Assembly: GCA_965204755.1 (NCBI GenBank)
Contig: OZ242011.1
Location: 352,001-416,000, forward strand
Origin: Candidatus Marinacidobacterium sp.
GTDB lineage: Bacteria > Acidobacteriota > Vicinamibacteria > Marinacidobacterales > Marinacidobacteraceae
Direction of reading: 5' to 3'
Length of the DNA stretch: 64,000 bases
In this document: one piece after another, positions 19,795-29,566 of the stretch
How the letters are laid out: every line of letters begins with the position of its first letter
Numbering within the stretch: position 1 is the stretch's first letter
Notes under the pieces: model-generated
What the model saw: only the letters and a program-made list of their open reading frames with translations
Database searches by the model: none
What the model was told of the DNA's origin: nothing
Position numbers and translations under genes: made by a program

Positions 19795-20667
19795 TTGCAC
19801 CTCTCCCGCGGCGTTCCGCAGCGCCGGTTCCCGAGGGTTTGCGTCCCCGCCGCCGCCCTCGCCCTCGCGGCGTTCCCGGCCGCCGGCGCCCCCCCCGTCG
19901 AGGAAGCGGAACTCCGCTACCCGGTGGATGTGGCGGTCTCCGCCGACGGGGAGATCTTCGTGGCCGACATCGAGGCGGCTTCGCTGCTGAAGTGGGCGGG
20001 AACCGGCTTCGAGGTGGTCGCCGCCGGCGAAGGGCTGCCCCGCACACCGCTGTTCGGCATCCGGCACATCGCCCCGGACGACACCGGCGGCGCCGGGAGC
20101 ATCGTCGCCAGCGACCCGGCGACCATGGCGCTCTACCGGCTCTCCGCCGAAGGCGCCATCGAGAAGATCCCCGACGACGACCGCTTCGTGACCCCCTGGG
20201 GCGTGGCGGTCCTGCCCGGCGGGGAGATCCTCGCGGCGGACCGGGTGACCCGGCGGCTGCGCCGGGTCGGCCCGGACGCCGAGGTCGAGGATGTCCTCGA
20301 CATCACCGCGCCGCGGGCCATCCTGGCGGAGCCCGACGGCGCGCTCCACATCCTCACCGACCGGAACCTGCTGCGGGTGGAGAACGGCGCCGCCGAGCCG
20401 CTGATCCAGTCGCCGCCGTTCGAGTTCCCCCACGACTTCGCCCGCGCGGCGGACGGCTCGTTCTTCGTTACCGACGGCTACGCCCGCTGCGTCTGGCGGG
20501 TGAGCCCCGAGGGGCGGGTCTCCGTCCTCACCGAAGGGGAGCCGCTTCGCAGCCCCCAGGGAATCGCCGCCGACGCGGGCGGCGAGTTGCTGGTGGCGGA
20601 CGCGCAGGTTCCCGCGATTTTCCGGATCTCCCCGGACACCGGGGAAGTCCGCCGGCTCGGCGAATGA
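19795..20667 (+). CDS. Secreted NHL-repeat beta-propeller protein
   Basis: Signal peptide and repeats YPVDVAVSADGEIFVAD, PWGVAV, FPHDF, SPQGIAAD. Start uncertain. Confidence 0.8.
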   Translation: MHLSRGVPQRRFPRVCVPAAALALAAFPAAGAPPVEEAELRYPVDVAVSADGEIFVADIEAASLLKWAGTGFEVVAAGEGLPRTPLFGIRHIAPDDTGGAGSIVASDPATMALYRLSAEGAIEKIPDDDRFVTPWGVAVLPGGEILAADRVTRRLRRVGPDAEVEDVLDITAPRAILAEPDGALHILTDRNLLRVENGAAEPLIQSPPFEFPHDFARAADGSFFVTDGYARCVWRVSPEGRVSVLTEGEPLRSPQGIAADAGGELLVADAQVPAIFRISPDTGEVRRLGE

Positions 20668-20698
20668 GCCCGCTCCGGGCCGAGGAGTACCGAACACC

Positions 20699-22060
20699 AT
20701 GAGAGAAGACCGCGGAAGTTGGGGGTCGAGCCCCGGCTTCATCCTCGCCGCGACCGGTTCCGCGGTGGGACTGGGAAATGTCTGGGGCTTCCCGACCCGC
20801 GTCGGGCAGGAAGGCGGCGCCGCCTTCGTCCTCGTGTACCTGATCGCCGTGGTCTTCGTCTGCGCGCCGATCCTGCTCGGCGAGATCCTGGTCGGACGGC
20901 ACAGCCAACTCGGCCCCGCCGGCGCGGTGCGGCGAATCGCCCCCTCCGGCGGCTGGTGGATCATCGGCCTGCTCGCCATCGCCTGCGGGACCTTCATCCT
21001 GTCCTTCTACTCGGTGATCGCCGGCTGGACGATCCAATACCTCTGGCTCGCGCTGACCGGCGGCCTCGCCGCCGACGCCGAAGGCTCGAGCGCGCTGTTC
21101 GGGAGCGTCGCCGGCGCGGGAACGCGCAATGTGGTCGCCACCCTCCTCTTCCTGGTGGCCACCGGCTGGTGCGTGAACCGCGGCATCCGGAACGGCATCG
21201 AGGCCGCGTCGCGGCTGATGATGCCCTTCCTGTTCCTCCTGCTGGTGGTCCTGGCGGTCCGTTCGGTGACCCTTCCCGGCGCCGCCGAAGGGCTCGCCTA
21301 CTACCTGAGCCCGGACTGGAGCCAGGTCTTCGAGCCGGATGTGATGGTCGCGGCGCTCGGCCAGGCGTTCTTCTCCCTGAGTCTGGGCATGGGGGCGCTC
21401 ATCACCTACGGCAGTTACCTCCACCGTTCCCAACCGGTGCGCAAACCGGGCATGGCGATCGTCGGCATAGACACGGCGATCGCGCTGCTCGCCGGTTTCA
21501 TCATCTTCCCGGCCGGTTTCTCCATCGCCGGTTTCGACCCGACCGCCAGCGGCCCCGGCCTCATCTTCGCGGTCCTGCCCCAGTTGTTCGCCACGCTCCC
21601 CGGGGGCCTGCTGTTCGGCGCGGCGTTCTTCGTGCTCCTGTCGGTCGCCGCGTTCACTTCCACGATCTCGCTGCTCGAGGTTCCGACTTCGCACGCGATC
21701 GACCAATGGAAGTGGCCCCGGCGGAAGGCGGTCGCGGTCATCACCGGATTCACCTTCCTGTTCTCCATACCGTCGGCGCTGTCGCTCGGCGCCTGGCCGT
21801 CGTTGACGGACCTTCCCGGCATCGGCGGCAGTTTCCTCGACCTGATGGCGAACATCTGGAACGAAGCCGCGCTCCCCATCGGCGGGCTCCTGCTGAGCCT
21901 GTTCATCGGCTGGAAGTGGGGCGCCCGGGCCGCCGCCGAGGAAATGCGCCGCGACGGGCAGGGTTTCCCCAGCCCGGCGCTTTGGGGATTCCTCATCCGG
22001 TTCGTCTCGCCGGCCGCCATCCTCTTCGTCATCATCAGCCAGGTCCGCGGCTGGTTCTAG
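20699..22060 (+). CDS. Neurotransmitter:sodium symporter (NSS/LeuT) family
   Basis: GFILAATGSAVGLGNVWGFP, GGAAF, GQAFFSLSLGMG..ITYGSY, GPGLIF. Confidence 0.93.
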   Translation: MREDRGSWGSSPGFILAATGSAVGLGNVWGFPTRVGQEGGAAFVLVYLIAVVFVCAPILLGEILVGRHSQLGPAGAVRRIAPSGGWWIIGLLAIACGTFILSFYSVIAGWTIQYLWLALTGGLAADAEGSSALFGSVAGAGTRNVVATLLFLVATGWCVNRGIRNGIEAASRLMMPFLFLLLVVLAVRSVTLPGAAEGLAYYLSPDWSQVFEPDVMVAALGQAFFSLSLGMGALITYGSYLHRSQPVRKPGMAIVGIDTAIALLAGFIIFPAGFSIAGFDPTASGPGLIFAVLPQLFATLPGGLLFGAAFFVLLSVAAFTSTISLLEVPTSHAIDQWKWPRRKAVAVITGFTFLFSIPSALSLGAWPSLTDLPGIGGSFLDLMANIWNEAALPIGGLLLSLFIGWKWGARAAAEEMRRDGQGFPSPALWGFLIRFVSPAAILFVIISQVRGWF

Positions 22061-22141
22061 CCCCCGCGCCGCCAACCCCGCCGCCCCCGCCATCCCCGCC
22101 GCCGCCATCCCCGCCGCCGCCGCCGGACCTCGGAGACCGAA

Positions 22142-23527
22142 ATGACCGCCTTCACCGAATTCATCGCCTGGGCCTCGAACGCCATCTACCAGTGGTACGC
22201 CCTGCCCCTGCTCCTCGTCGTCTGCGGCCTCTACCTGACGATACGAACCGGTTTCGTCCAGGTCCGCGGTTTCGGCGCGGGACTGCGCCGCGTCGTCGCC
22301 GGCATGTCGCACGACCAGCACGGCGCCGAAGGGGAGATCACCCCGTTCCAGGCGCTCTCGACGGCGCTCGCCTCCACGGTCGGCAACGGGAACATCGGCG
22401 GCGTCGCCACCGCCATCCTGGTGGGCGGCCCCGGCGCGATCTTCTGGATGTGGATCACCGCGCTGTTCGGGATGGCCACCAAGTACTCGGAAGCGGTGCT
22501 CGGCGTCACCTACCGGGTGAAACGGGAGTCGGGCCACTTCGCGAGCGGCCCGATGTACTACATCGTCCAGGGCGTGAAGAACCCGGGGCTCGGCAAGGGC
22601 CTCGCGATCATGTTCTGCGTCTTCGGCGCCGCCACCGCGCTGCTCGGCACCGGGAACATGGCGCAGTCGAACACCATCGTCCGCACCTTCGTGAACGCCG
22701 CCGAGCAGTTCGGCATGACGGTATCGCCCTGGGTTCCGGGAGTCCTCATCACGGTCCTGGTGGGCGCGGTGCTGCTCGGCGGCATCAAGCGGATCGCATC
22801 GGTGGCCGAGAAACTGGTCCCGACGATGCTCGTCATCTACCTGGGAATGGCGCTGACTTTCCTGCTGCTCAACATCAGCGCGCTTCCCGGCGTGTTCGCG
22901 GTCATCTTCGAGCACGCGTTCTCGCCGCACGCCGCCGCCGGCGGATTCCTCGGCGTCACCGTGCGCCAGGCCATCGCCGCCGGCATCAGCCGCGGCGTGC
23001 TCTCCAACGAAGCCGGTCTCGGCAGCGCGCCGATCGCCCACGGCGTCGCGCAGGTGAAACATCCTTCCGACCAGGGACTGGTCGGCGTCTTCGAAGTCTT
23101 CGTGGACACCATCGTGGTCTGCACCATGACCGCGTTCGCCATCATCTCCTCCGGCCTCTGGCAGGCCGCCGAGTACCAGAACGCGAGCGGCGACCTGACG
23201 GCGGCGGCCTTCGCGACCACCTTCGGGATCGGTCCGGTGGTGATCGCGATCTCGTCGTTCCTCTTCGGCTTCTCCACGATCATCGGCTGGTACTACTACG
23301 GGGAGACCTGCTGGGAGTACATGTTCGGCTCGAAGGGACTCGTCCCCTACCGCATCCTCTATGTGGCGCTGCTGCTCATCGGCGGACTGGTCACCGTGGA
23401 GACGGTATGGAATGTGGGCACGCTGCTCAACGGCTTCATGGCCTTCCCCAACCTGATCGGGATGCTGTTCCTCGGCGGCGTGGTCGCGCAGAAGACCAAG
23501 GAACACTACGCGTCGGCGCGGCGTTAG
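22142..23527 (+). CDS. Alanine/glycine:cation symporter (AGCS)
   Basis: TPFQAL..ALASTVGNGNIGGV, GGPGAIFWMW, SNEAGLGSAPIAH, VFVDTIVVCTMT. Confidence 0.93.
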   Translation: MTAFTEFIAWASNAIYQWYALPLLLVVCGLYLTIRTGFVQVRGFGAGLRRVVAGMSHDQHGAEGEITPFQALSTALASTVGNGNIGGVATAILVGGPGAIFWMWITALFGMATKYSEAVLGVTYRVKRESGHFASGPMYYIVQGVKNPGLGKGLAIMFCVFGAATALLGTGNMAQSNTIVRTFVNAAEQFGMTVSPWVPGVLITVLVGAVLLGGIKRIASVAEKLVPTMLVIYLGMALTFLLLNISALPGVFAVIFEHAFSPHAAAGGFLGVTVRQAIAAGISRGVLSNEAGLGSAPIAHGVAQVKHPSDQGLVGVFEVFVDTIVVCTMTAFAIISSGLWQAAEYQNASGDLTAAAFATTFGIGPVVIAISSFLFGFSTIIGWYYYGETCWEYMFGSKGLVPYRILYVALLLIGGLVTVETVWNVGTLLNGFMAFPNLIGMLFLGGVVAQKTKEHYASARR

Positions 23528-23587
23528 CGCCCGGGCGGAGAGAGCGCCCCGGCGCGTTGCCGCCGACGGGCGCTCCCGCCGGCGCTC

Positions 23588-23610
23588 GCCGCGGCCGTTA
23601 CGGCCGCGGC
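23588..23610. terminator. Perfect 10-bp hairpin between convergent genes
   Basis: GCCGCGGCCG-TTA-CGGCCGCGGC followed by ATTTA. Confidence 0.5.
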
Positions 23611-23632
23611 ATTTACGGCCGGGGCCGGTTCG

Positions 23633-24037
23633 TCAGCGCCAGACGGACAGCAGGATCGCCTGGCCGGCGAGGGCGACGAAGTTGTAGCCGAGGGTCAGCC
23701 AGAAGAGTCCGGTCTTCCGCTTCTCGAACGCGACGCCCTGGTGGCCGACCGGGAGGACGAACCCGACCACCGCGAGCAGGGCCACATGCACGCCGGCCAT
23801 GACGCCGGCGCCGCCGGCCCCGTGCAGCAACTGCGAGAGGACGAAGGCGGTGACCAGCGCGAGCAGGAAAGAGACGCCGTAGGTCTTGAGCGGGTCGAAG
23901 TCCTTCCGGATTTCCTCCTCGGTGAGCCCCATCAGGCCCAGCCAGGTCTTGCCGAAGATCGGCCCGTACCAGAGCGCGCCCACGATCATGGGAACGAAAC
24001 CGGCGACGAGGACGGCGAGGAAGTTGGCGTCGTGCAT
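23633..24037 (-). CDS. DUF1761-family membrane protein
   Basis: NFLAVLVA...GALWYGPIFGKTW, with four TM segments. Confidence 0.8.
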   Translation of the reverse strand: MHDANFLAVLVAGFVPMIVGALWYGPIFGKTWLGLMGLTEEEIRKDFDPLKTYGVSFLLALVTAFVLSQLLHGAGGAGVMAGVHVALLAVVGFVLPVGHQGVAFEKRKTGLFWLTLGYNFVALAGQAILLSVWR

Positions 24038-24041
24038 CGGG

Positions 24042-25406
24042 TTACCTGGGCGCGGAGTCAGCGCCCGAATCGCCGGCGGGGGAATCCCCGTCGGAATTCC
24101 CGTCCCGCGGAACTTCGATGCCGGCCTCGCCCAGTTCCCACAGGACGGCGTCGGCGAACTGGTCGAGCGACGGCACCCGCCGGCCGTTGATGAAGATCGT
24201 CGGCGTCCCGGTAACGCCGAGCCGCATCGCTTCGGCGATGTCGGCGGCGACCGCGGCTTCGGCTTCCGGCGAGTCGAGGCAAACCCGGAACTCGTCGGCG
24301 TCGAGCCCGGCGACTTCCGCGATGCGGACCACATCGTCCGCGGTCGGCTCGACCGGCGGCGCCAGGTACACCCGGTCGTGGTATTCCCAGAAACGGTCCT
24401 GGCGCGCCGCGCAGGCCGCGCCGCGCGCGACCTCGCACGCTCCGGGGTGGAGCGCCCGGGGCAGGTGCGCCGCGCAGTCGTTGTCGAGGGGATAACTGCG
24501 GTAGTAGAGCGCGACATGCGGCCCGGTCGGCCCTTCGGCGTACTGGTCGAACGCCAGCGCGAATCGCCGGCACGACGGACAGAGGAAGTCCGAGAAGGTA
24601 ACGATCTCGACCGGCGCGCCGGCGGCGCCGCGGAACGGCACGCCGTCGAGCGGGATCTCCCGCACCGGCTGCTGCTGGAACGGCGGCACGCGCCACTGCG
24701 GCGGCGAAACGGGAGCGGTTGACGCCGGAAGGAGCCCGGCCGCCTTCACCGGCGCCTCCTCCGGCGCGGCGGAGCGGGCGGAGCGGACGCCGAGCAGGGA
24801 GAGGTCGGGGCCGGAGGACTCGGCCCGGACGCCCAGCCCCCGGTCGAAGAACAGCACCGCGGCGGCCACCACCGACGCCACCACCCAGAACGCCGGCGCG
24901 GCGCGGTCCCAGAGCGGCCTCACCGATGCCGCGGCGGGAAGCGGCGAGCGATCGCGGAACCCGGCGGGAAGGAGCCCGGCGAAGGCGGCGGCGTTCGCCG
25001 CGTAGGTCCAAAGGCAGAGCGAGCAGTACGCCCCGATGGAGAACGCCTGGACGCCGAACAGGAAGAGGTCGACCAGGAGCGCCAGGGCGACGAGCCGCAG
25101 CGCGAGCCGGCCCGGCCGCGAGCGGAGCGGCGCGCCGACCGCGAGCGAGAACCCGAGCAGGAGCGCGAGGGAGGCGAAGAACGCCAGCCCGACCGCGGCG
25201 AGCGGCACCCCGAACGCCGCCGACCAGTCGCTGGCCGCGACCGCCTCGCAGCCGGAATTCGAGGGGTCGCAGACCGCCGCGCCGAGCGCGCCGGCGTCGA
25301 GCCCGTGGTGCCGCAGCAGCAACACGAACGAAAGCGCGCCGCCGAAGAGCGCGGCGGCGAGCGCCCCGCCGAGGCGAAGGGTGTCTTTCGCCGGGCGGCC
25401 CGCCAT
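24042..25406 (-). CDS. VKOR-DsbA (thioredoxin) fusion
   Basis: VKOR loop cysteines CDPSNSGC..V..S.WS..FGVP and CSLC. DsbA part has FSDFLCPSC and GVTGTPT.FINGR. Confidence 0.88.
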   Translation of the reverse strand: MAGRPAKDTLRLGGALAAALFGGALSFVLLLRHHGLDAGALGAAVCDPSNSGCEAVAASDWSAAFGVPLAAVGLAFFASLALLLGFSLAVGAPLRSRPGRLALRLVALALLVDLFLFGVQAFSIGAYCSLCLWTYAANAAAFAGLLPAGFRDRSPLPAAASVRPLWDRAAPAFWVVASVVAAAVLFFDRGLGVRAESSGPDLSLLGVRSARSAAPEEAPVKAAGLLPASTAPVSPPQWRVPPFQQQPVREIPLDGVPFRGAAGAPVEIVTFSDFLCPSCRRFALAFDQYAEGPTGPHVALYYRSYPLDNDCAAHLPRALHPGACEVARGAACAARQDRFWEYHDRVYLAPPVEPTADDVVRIAEVAGLDADEFRVCLDSPEAEAAVAADIAEAMRLGVTGTPTIFINGRRVPSLDQFADAVLWELGEAGIEVPRDGNSDGDSPAGDSGADSAPR

Positions 25407-25495
25407 GGAACGCCCGATTCTACCGCCGGGAACGGCCGCCCCCGCCGCCGCCGAGCCGCCGGAACGAGGGGCCTTCACCCCCGGTCGAGGCCGGT

Positions 25496-26179
25496 TCACG
25501 ATGTCTCCTCCCCGCCGGTCGGACGCCGGTAGCGGAGCGCGTAACCCGGAGTCGGGATCCCCGCCGCGAGGTCCGGCGCGGGTTCGGGAACGCCGTACGC
25601 GCTGCCCACGGGAACCACGCCGGCCCAGACGGACAGCGCGAGGTCCTCCTCGTCGTCCGCCGGCGGCCCGCTCCGCGCCTTCGCCGTGGCCTCGTCCAAC
25701 GGGAACGCCGCCACCGCGGTCGCCCGCAACTCGCGGGCGTCGGGCGGGCGGGCATCCGGCCCCCGCCCCGGAACGAGCCGGTCGAGGAGCACATCCAGGC
25801 AGCGGCGCTTCTCCGCCTCGTCTTCGACCGGCGTCGCCCGCCCCAAGGCGACCACCGACCGGTAGTTCATCGAGTGGTGGAACGCCGAACGGGCCAGGAC
25901 CAGGCCGTCGAGCAGCGTCACCGTGACGCAGGCCTCCACGCCGCCCGCGAGCAGCCGCAGGGCGCGGCTCGCCGCCGAACCGTGGAGCAGGAGCCGGTCG
26001 CCGTCGCGGGCGTACCCCATCGGGACCACGAACGGCGCGCCCCCGTCCGAGAACCCCACATGGGCGACCAGGCCCTCGTCGAGGATGCGCCGGATCACCT
26101 CCGGATCGTGCGAGCCGCGCCCCGGAATCCTCCGCACCCGGCTGCGGGGCGTCGGCGCGGACGAGCGCTCCGCCGTCAT
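25496..26179 (-). CDS. Pyridoxamine 5'-phosphate oxidase-like FMN-binding protein
   Basis: HGSAASR, DGLVLARSAFHHSMNYRSVV, WAGVVP. Confidence 0.88.
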   Translation of the reverse strand: MTAERSSAPTPRSRVRRIPGRGSHDPEVIRRILDEGLVAHVGFSDGGAPFVVPMGYARDGDRLLLHGSAASRALRLLAGGVEACVTVTLLDGLVLARSAFHHSMNYRSVVALGRATPVEDEAEKRRCLDVLLDRLVPGRGPDARPPDARELRATAVAAFPLDEATAKARSGPPADDEEDLALSVWAGVVPVGSAYGVPEPAPDLAAGIPTPGYALRYRRPTGGEETS

Positions 26180-26193
26180 GCGGAGGGACGCCC

Positions 26194-27393
26194 TCAGATC
26201 TCGGCCCGGAGCGCGAGCCGCTTCAGCAGCGCGTCGTGGGTCACCACGCCCACGAGCCGCCCCTCGTCGAGCACCGCGATCGCCGGGAGGCCATCGAGCA
26301 GCGGCGCGACCACCCGGATGGCGGCGTCGCCGGGGCTCAGGGTCTTCTCCAGGATGTCCGGCTTCATCAACTGCCGGGCGGTGAGGTCGTCCCAACCCGG
26401 CCGCGACCGGTCGGCGATGTCCTCGAGCCGCACCGCGCCCACCAGCCGCGCCTCGTCGAGCACCGGGATCACCCCGACCGGGGCGTCCGGCTCCATCGCG
26501 GCCAGGTCCGGCGCCCGCGCGCCCTGCTGGACGGAATGCACCCGGTAGTCCAGCAGGTGCCCGACGGTGACGCCGCGGAGCGTCTCCGCCAACCAGACAT
26601 ACCGGGTCACATCCATCGCCGCGCGGCGCAGGTGGACCCCCACGAACACGAACCAGCCGCCGAGGACGATCCGGGCGACCCCGGAGGCGCCGCTTTCCAC
26701 GCCCAGCAGCGCGAGCACCCCGAACGCGATGAGGAGCAGCCCGAAGGAGCGTCCGGTGGCGGCGGCGGCGCGGGTGGCGGCCGCCTGTTTGCCCCAGATG
26801 GCCCAGAGCGCGGCGCGCAGGAGCCGGCCGCCGTCGAAGGGGATCGCCGGAATCAGGTTCACGGCGAGGAGGAGGGCGTTCATGAGCGCCGCGTAGGTCG
26901 CCACCTGCGCCCCGGCGGGCGGGAGCGGCGTGGCCCCCGGCCAGCCGGCGGCGAGGAAGAGGAGGCCCATCGCCAAGGTGGCCAGCGGCCCGGCGGCGGC
27001 GATCCGGAATTCGATTCCCGGCCGCTGCGGCTCGGAGGCGAGTTCGGTCCTCCCGCCGAAGACCTTGAGGTTGATCGCCGCGACCCGGATGCCGGAGCGG
27101 AGCGCGGCGAAGGCGTGCGCCAGTTCGTGGACGATCACCGAAACGAGGAGGCACACCGCGGTCAGGACGCCGAGGCCCACCGCCGCCGGCGCGCCGACCG
27201 GCGCGTCGCCGCGCGTGTAGATAACCGCGAAACTCGCGGAGAGGAGCGCGGCGAGCGGCAGCCAGGAGGCGTGGATGCGGAGCGGGATCCCCAGCAGCCG
27301 CCCGAGCCCCTGCGACCCGACCGCCCCGCCGCCGGGCGCGCGGCCGGGGCCCGTCCCGCCGCCCTCCGGCGGGGAAGAGGCGTTCGCGGTCAT
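26194..27393 (-). CDS. Site-2 protease (M50) with CBS domains
   Basis: GIPLRIHASW, HELAH, AAAGP, NLIPAIPFDGGR, and a C-terminal CBS pair. Confidence 0.9.
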   Translation of the reverse strand: MTANASSPPEGGGTGPGRAPGGGAVGSQGLGRLLGIPLRIHASWLPLAALLSASFAVIYTRGDAPVGAPAAVGLGVLTAVCLLVSVIVHELAHAFAALRSGIRVAAINLKVFGGRTELASEPQRPGIEFRIAAAGPLATLAMGLLFLAAGWPGATPLPPAGAQVATYAALMNALLLAVNLIPAIPFDGGRLLRAALWAIWGKQAAATRAAAATGRSFGLLLIAFGVLALLGVESGASGVARIVLGGWFVFVGVHLRRAAMDVTRYVWLAETLRGVTVGHLLDYRVHSVQQGARAPDLAAMEPDAPVGVIPVLDEARLVGAVRLEDIADRSRPGWDDLTARQLMKPDILEKTLSPGDAAIRVVAPLLDGLPAIAVLDEGRLVGVVTHDALLKRLALRAEI

Positions 27394-29045
27394 CGGCGGG
27401 GCCGCCGGCCGGAGTCCGACTCCGGGGCCTGTGCCTTGGCCGGGGCCGGGGCCGGGTTCCCGGCGCCGGGGCCCCCGGAAGGCGCCGGTTCGCGGCGGGC
27501 GACCAGGAGGAGGTCCCCGGGCGCGGCCGGCCGGTCGAGCCGGCCCCGGTTCAGTTCGCGGAGGACGAAGACCGGCACATCGCTCTCCCCGCCGCGGGCG
27601 AACGCCTCCAGCGCCTCCAGCGCCCCGATCGCCTCCAGCGCCCCGAGCGCCGACCCCGGCCGGGGAACCCGCGCGGCGCGGAGCCGCAGCCATCCCGGCG
27701 CCGCTCCGCTCCGGTAGGGAGCGGCGCTCCGCAGCATCGCCATGAAGGAATTCTCGCACGCGGCGAGCGGCCGCCGGCCGCAGTCGAAGCGGACCTCCAC
27801 GAGCCCGCGGGGAGCGTCCAGGAGCGCCAGGTAGCCGCGGGCCGCGCCGATCGGGCCGGCTGGGCCGCCTGGGCCGACTGGGCCAACTGGGCCGCGTCCG
27901 GCGTCCGCGCGGAGTCCGCCGAGCCGCGCCGCCGCCCCCCGGACGCCGCGCCCCCGCACCGCTTCGACGAACTCGACCGGCCTCTCCCCCGCCCTTTCGA
28001 GGATCTTCCCGGCGAGTTCCCGCAGGCGCCGCCGCTGCTCGCGCGCCCCCTCGGCGTGGAAGACCCCGTCCGTCCCGACCCTCGTTTCGACCGTCGTTTC
28101 GACCCTCGTTTCGACCGTCGCCCCGACCGGCTCCCCGACCGTCTCCCCGACGGTCTCCAAAGCCGGCGCCGGAAGCGCGTCCGCGTCCCCGGGTTCGAGT
28201 TCCTCCACGACGAGGTCCGGCCGGAGGCCGCGCGCCGCCCGATGCCGGCCCTCCGCGCCCGGGGCGAAGAGGTAGCCGGGGGGCGCCCGCAACCGGAGCC
28301 CGGCCCGCGGCAGGTACAGGTCGCGTCCGCGGGCGCCGCCGCGCTCCGGCGGCTCCCCGTAGGCGAGTCCGTCCAGCAGGGCGATCCACGGCTCGTCCCC
28401 GGACTCCCCGGGCGATGCCGCGGCGGCGCCCGGTGTCGCCGAATCGGCGCCGGGGCTTCCTTCGCGGGGAAGCGGCACCGGTATCGGCTGCGGGAGCAGC
28501 GAACCGTCCGCCCCCCGGAAGGAGCGGTCGGCGTACCGGGCCGCGGCGCCGCGGAAGAGTTCGCCCAGCGACCGTTCACCGCCGAGAACGGCGAGCGCGC
28601 CCCGGGTGAGGAACACCGAACCGTCGGCGAACAGGAACGCCTCCGGCGCCGCGTCGTCGGTCACGACGAAGCGCCACCCTTCGGGCCCCGCCGCCGGGCC
28701 GGCGCCCCCGCCCGCTCCGCCCGTCGCCTCCGGCGGCAGCGCGACCGCCGGGTAGTCCTCCCCAAAGTGTTCGCCGTAGTGTTCGCCGTAGTGTTCGCGC
28801 ACCGCGCCCCGGCCGACTTCCTCGACCCGCGCGGCGAGTTCCGCGGCGGGCTCCGCGGCCGTTTCATCGCCGGCGCCGTACGGTCGGCGCGCCTTCTCGA
28901 ACTCCGCCCGCGCGCGGGCGCCGGCTTCGACCGCCGCCGCGTCCGGGAACGCCGGCCGACCGGAGCGCCCCCCGAACGCGATCCCGCCGGCGGCGCAGCC
29001 CAACGCCGCGCCCGCCGCCGGGGAGAGCAGTCCGCCGACCAGCAA
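27390..29045 (-). CDS. M48-peptidase-like lipoprotein lacking HExxH
   Basis: WRFVVTDDAAPEAFLFADGSVFLTRGAL and LDGLAYGEPPERG resemble M48/LysM proteins. No HExxH. May start at CTG 29105. Confidence 0.55.
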   Translation of the reverse strand: MLVGGLLSPAAGAALGCAAGGIAFGGRSGRPAFPDAAAVEAGARARAEFEKARRPYGAGDETAAEPAAELAARVEEVGRGAVREHYGEHYGEHFGEDYPAVALPPEATGGAGGGAGPAAGPEGWRFVVTDDAAPEAFLFADGSVFLTRGALAVLGGERSLGELFRGAAARYADRSFRGADGSLLPQPIPVPLPREGSPGADSATPGAAAASPGESGDEPWIALLDGLAYGEPPERGGARGRDLYLPRAGLRLRAPPGYLFAPGAEGRHRAARGLRPDLVVEELEPGDADALPAPALETVGETVGEPVGATVETRVETTVETRVGTDGVFHAEGAREQRRRLRELAGKILERAGERPVEFVEAVRGRGVRGAAARLGGLRADAGRGPVGPVGPGGPAGPIGAARGYLALLDAPRGLVEVRFDCGRRPLAACENSFMAMLRSAAPYRSGAAPGWLRLRAARVPRPGSALGALEAIGALEALEAFARGGESDVPVFVLRELNRGRLDRPAAPGDLLLVARREPAPSGGPGAGNPAPAPAKAQAPESDSGRRPRR

Positions 29046-29114
29046 CAGCCGCCGCGCCGACGCCCCCGGAGGGCGCCGGGCGGCGCGCCCCGGCGACCGC
29101 GTCAGTGGACTTAC

Positions 29115-29222
29115 GGGGAAACCGACAGCGGAACCGGCAGGGAAACCGACAGGGAAACCGCCGGGGAAACCGGGAGGGAAACCGATGCGGAAACCGGTCG
29201 GGGAACCGATGGGGAAACCACG
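29115..29222 (+). repeat. 12-bp tandem repeat x9 (consensus RGGGAAACCGNN)
   Basis: ggggaaaccgac agcggaaccggc agggaaaccgac agggaaaccgcc ggggaaaccggg agggaaaccgat gcggaaaccggt cggggaaccgat ggggaaaccacg. Confidence 0.9.
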
Positions 29223-29250
29223 CGTTCGGCGCCCGAACGGCGGGGCGCCG

Positions 29251-29508
29251 TCAGGCGTAGAACGCGGTGTTGATTTCCCGGTACCCGGCCCACTCGTCCG
29301 GCAACTCTTCGTCCGGGAAGATGGCCGTCACCGGGCACGCCGGCTCGCAGGCGCCGCAGTCGATGCAGACCTCGGGGTCGATGAAGAGTTGCTTCGCCTC
29401 CTCGAACCCGTCCTCGTCGCTGGTGGGGTGGATGCAGTCCACCGGACAGACATCCACGCAGGCCGTGTCCTTGGTCCCGATGCAGGGCTCCGCGATCCAG
29501 TACGACAT
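29251..29508 (-). CDS. fdxA: Dicluster (7Fe-type) ferredoxin
   Basis: CIGTKDTACVDVCPVDCIH and CIDCGACEPACP. Confidence 0.92.
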   Translation of the reverse strand: MSYWIAEPCIGTKDTACVDVCPVDCIHPTSDEDGFEEAKQLFIDPEVCIDCGACEPACPVTAIFPDEELPDEWAGYREINTAFYA

Positions 29509-29566
29509 TCGATGCGCGCCTCCTACAGCACGAGTGATGCGTCCCGCCGGTTCGTCCGTCCGCCCG

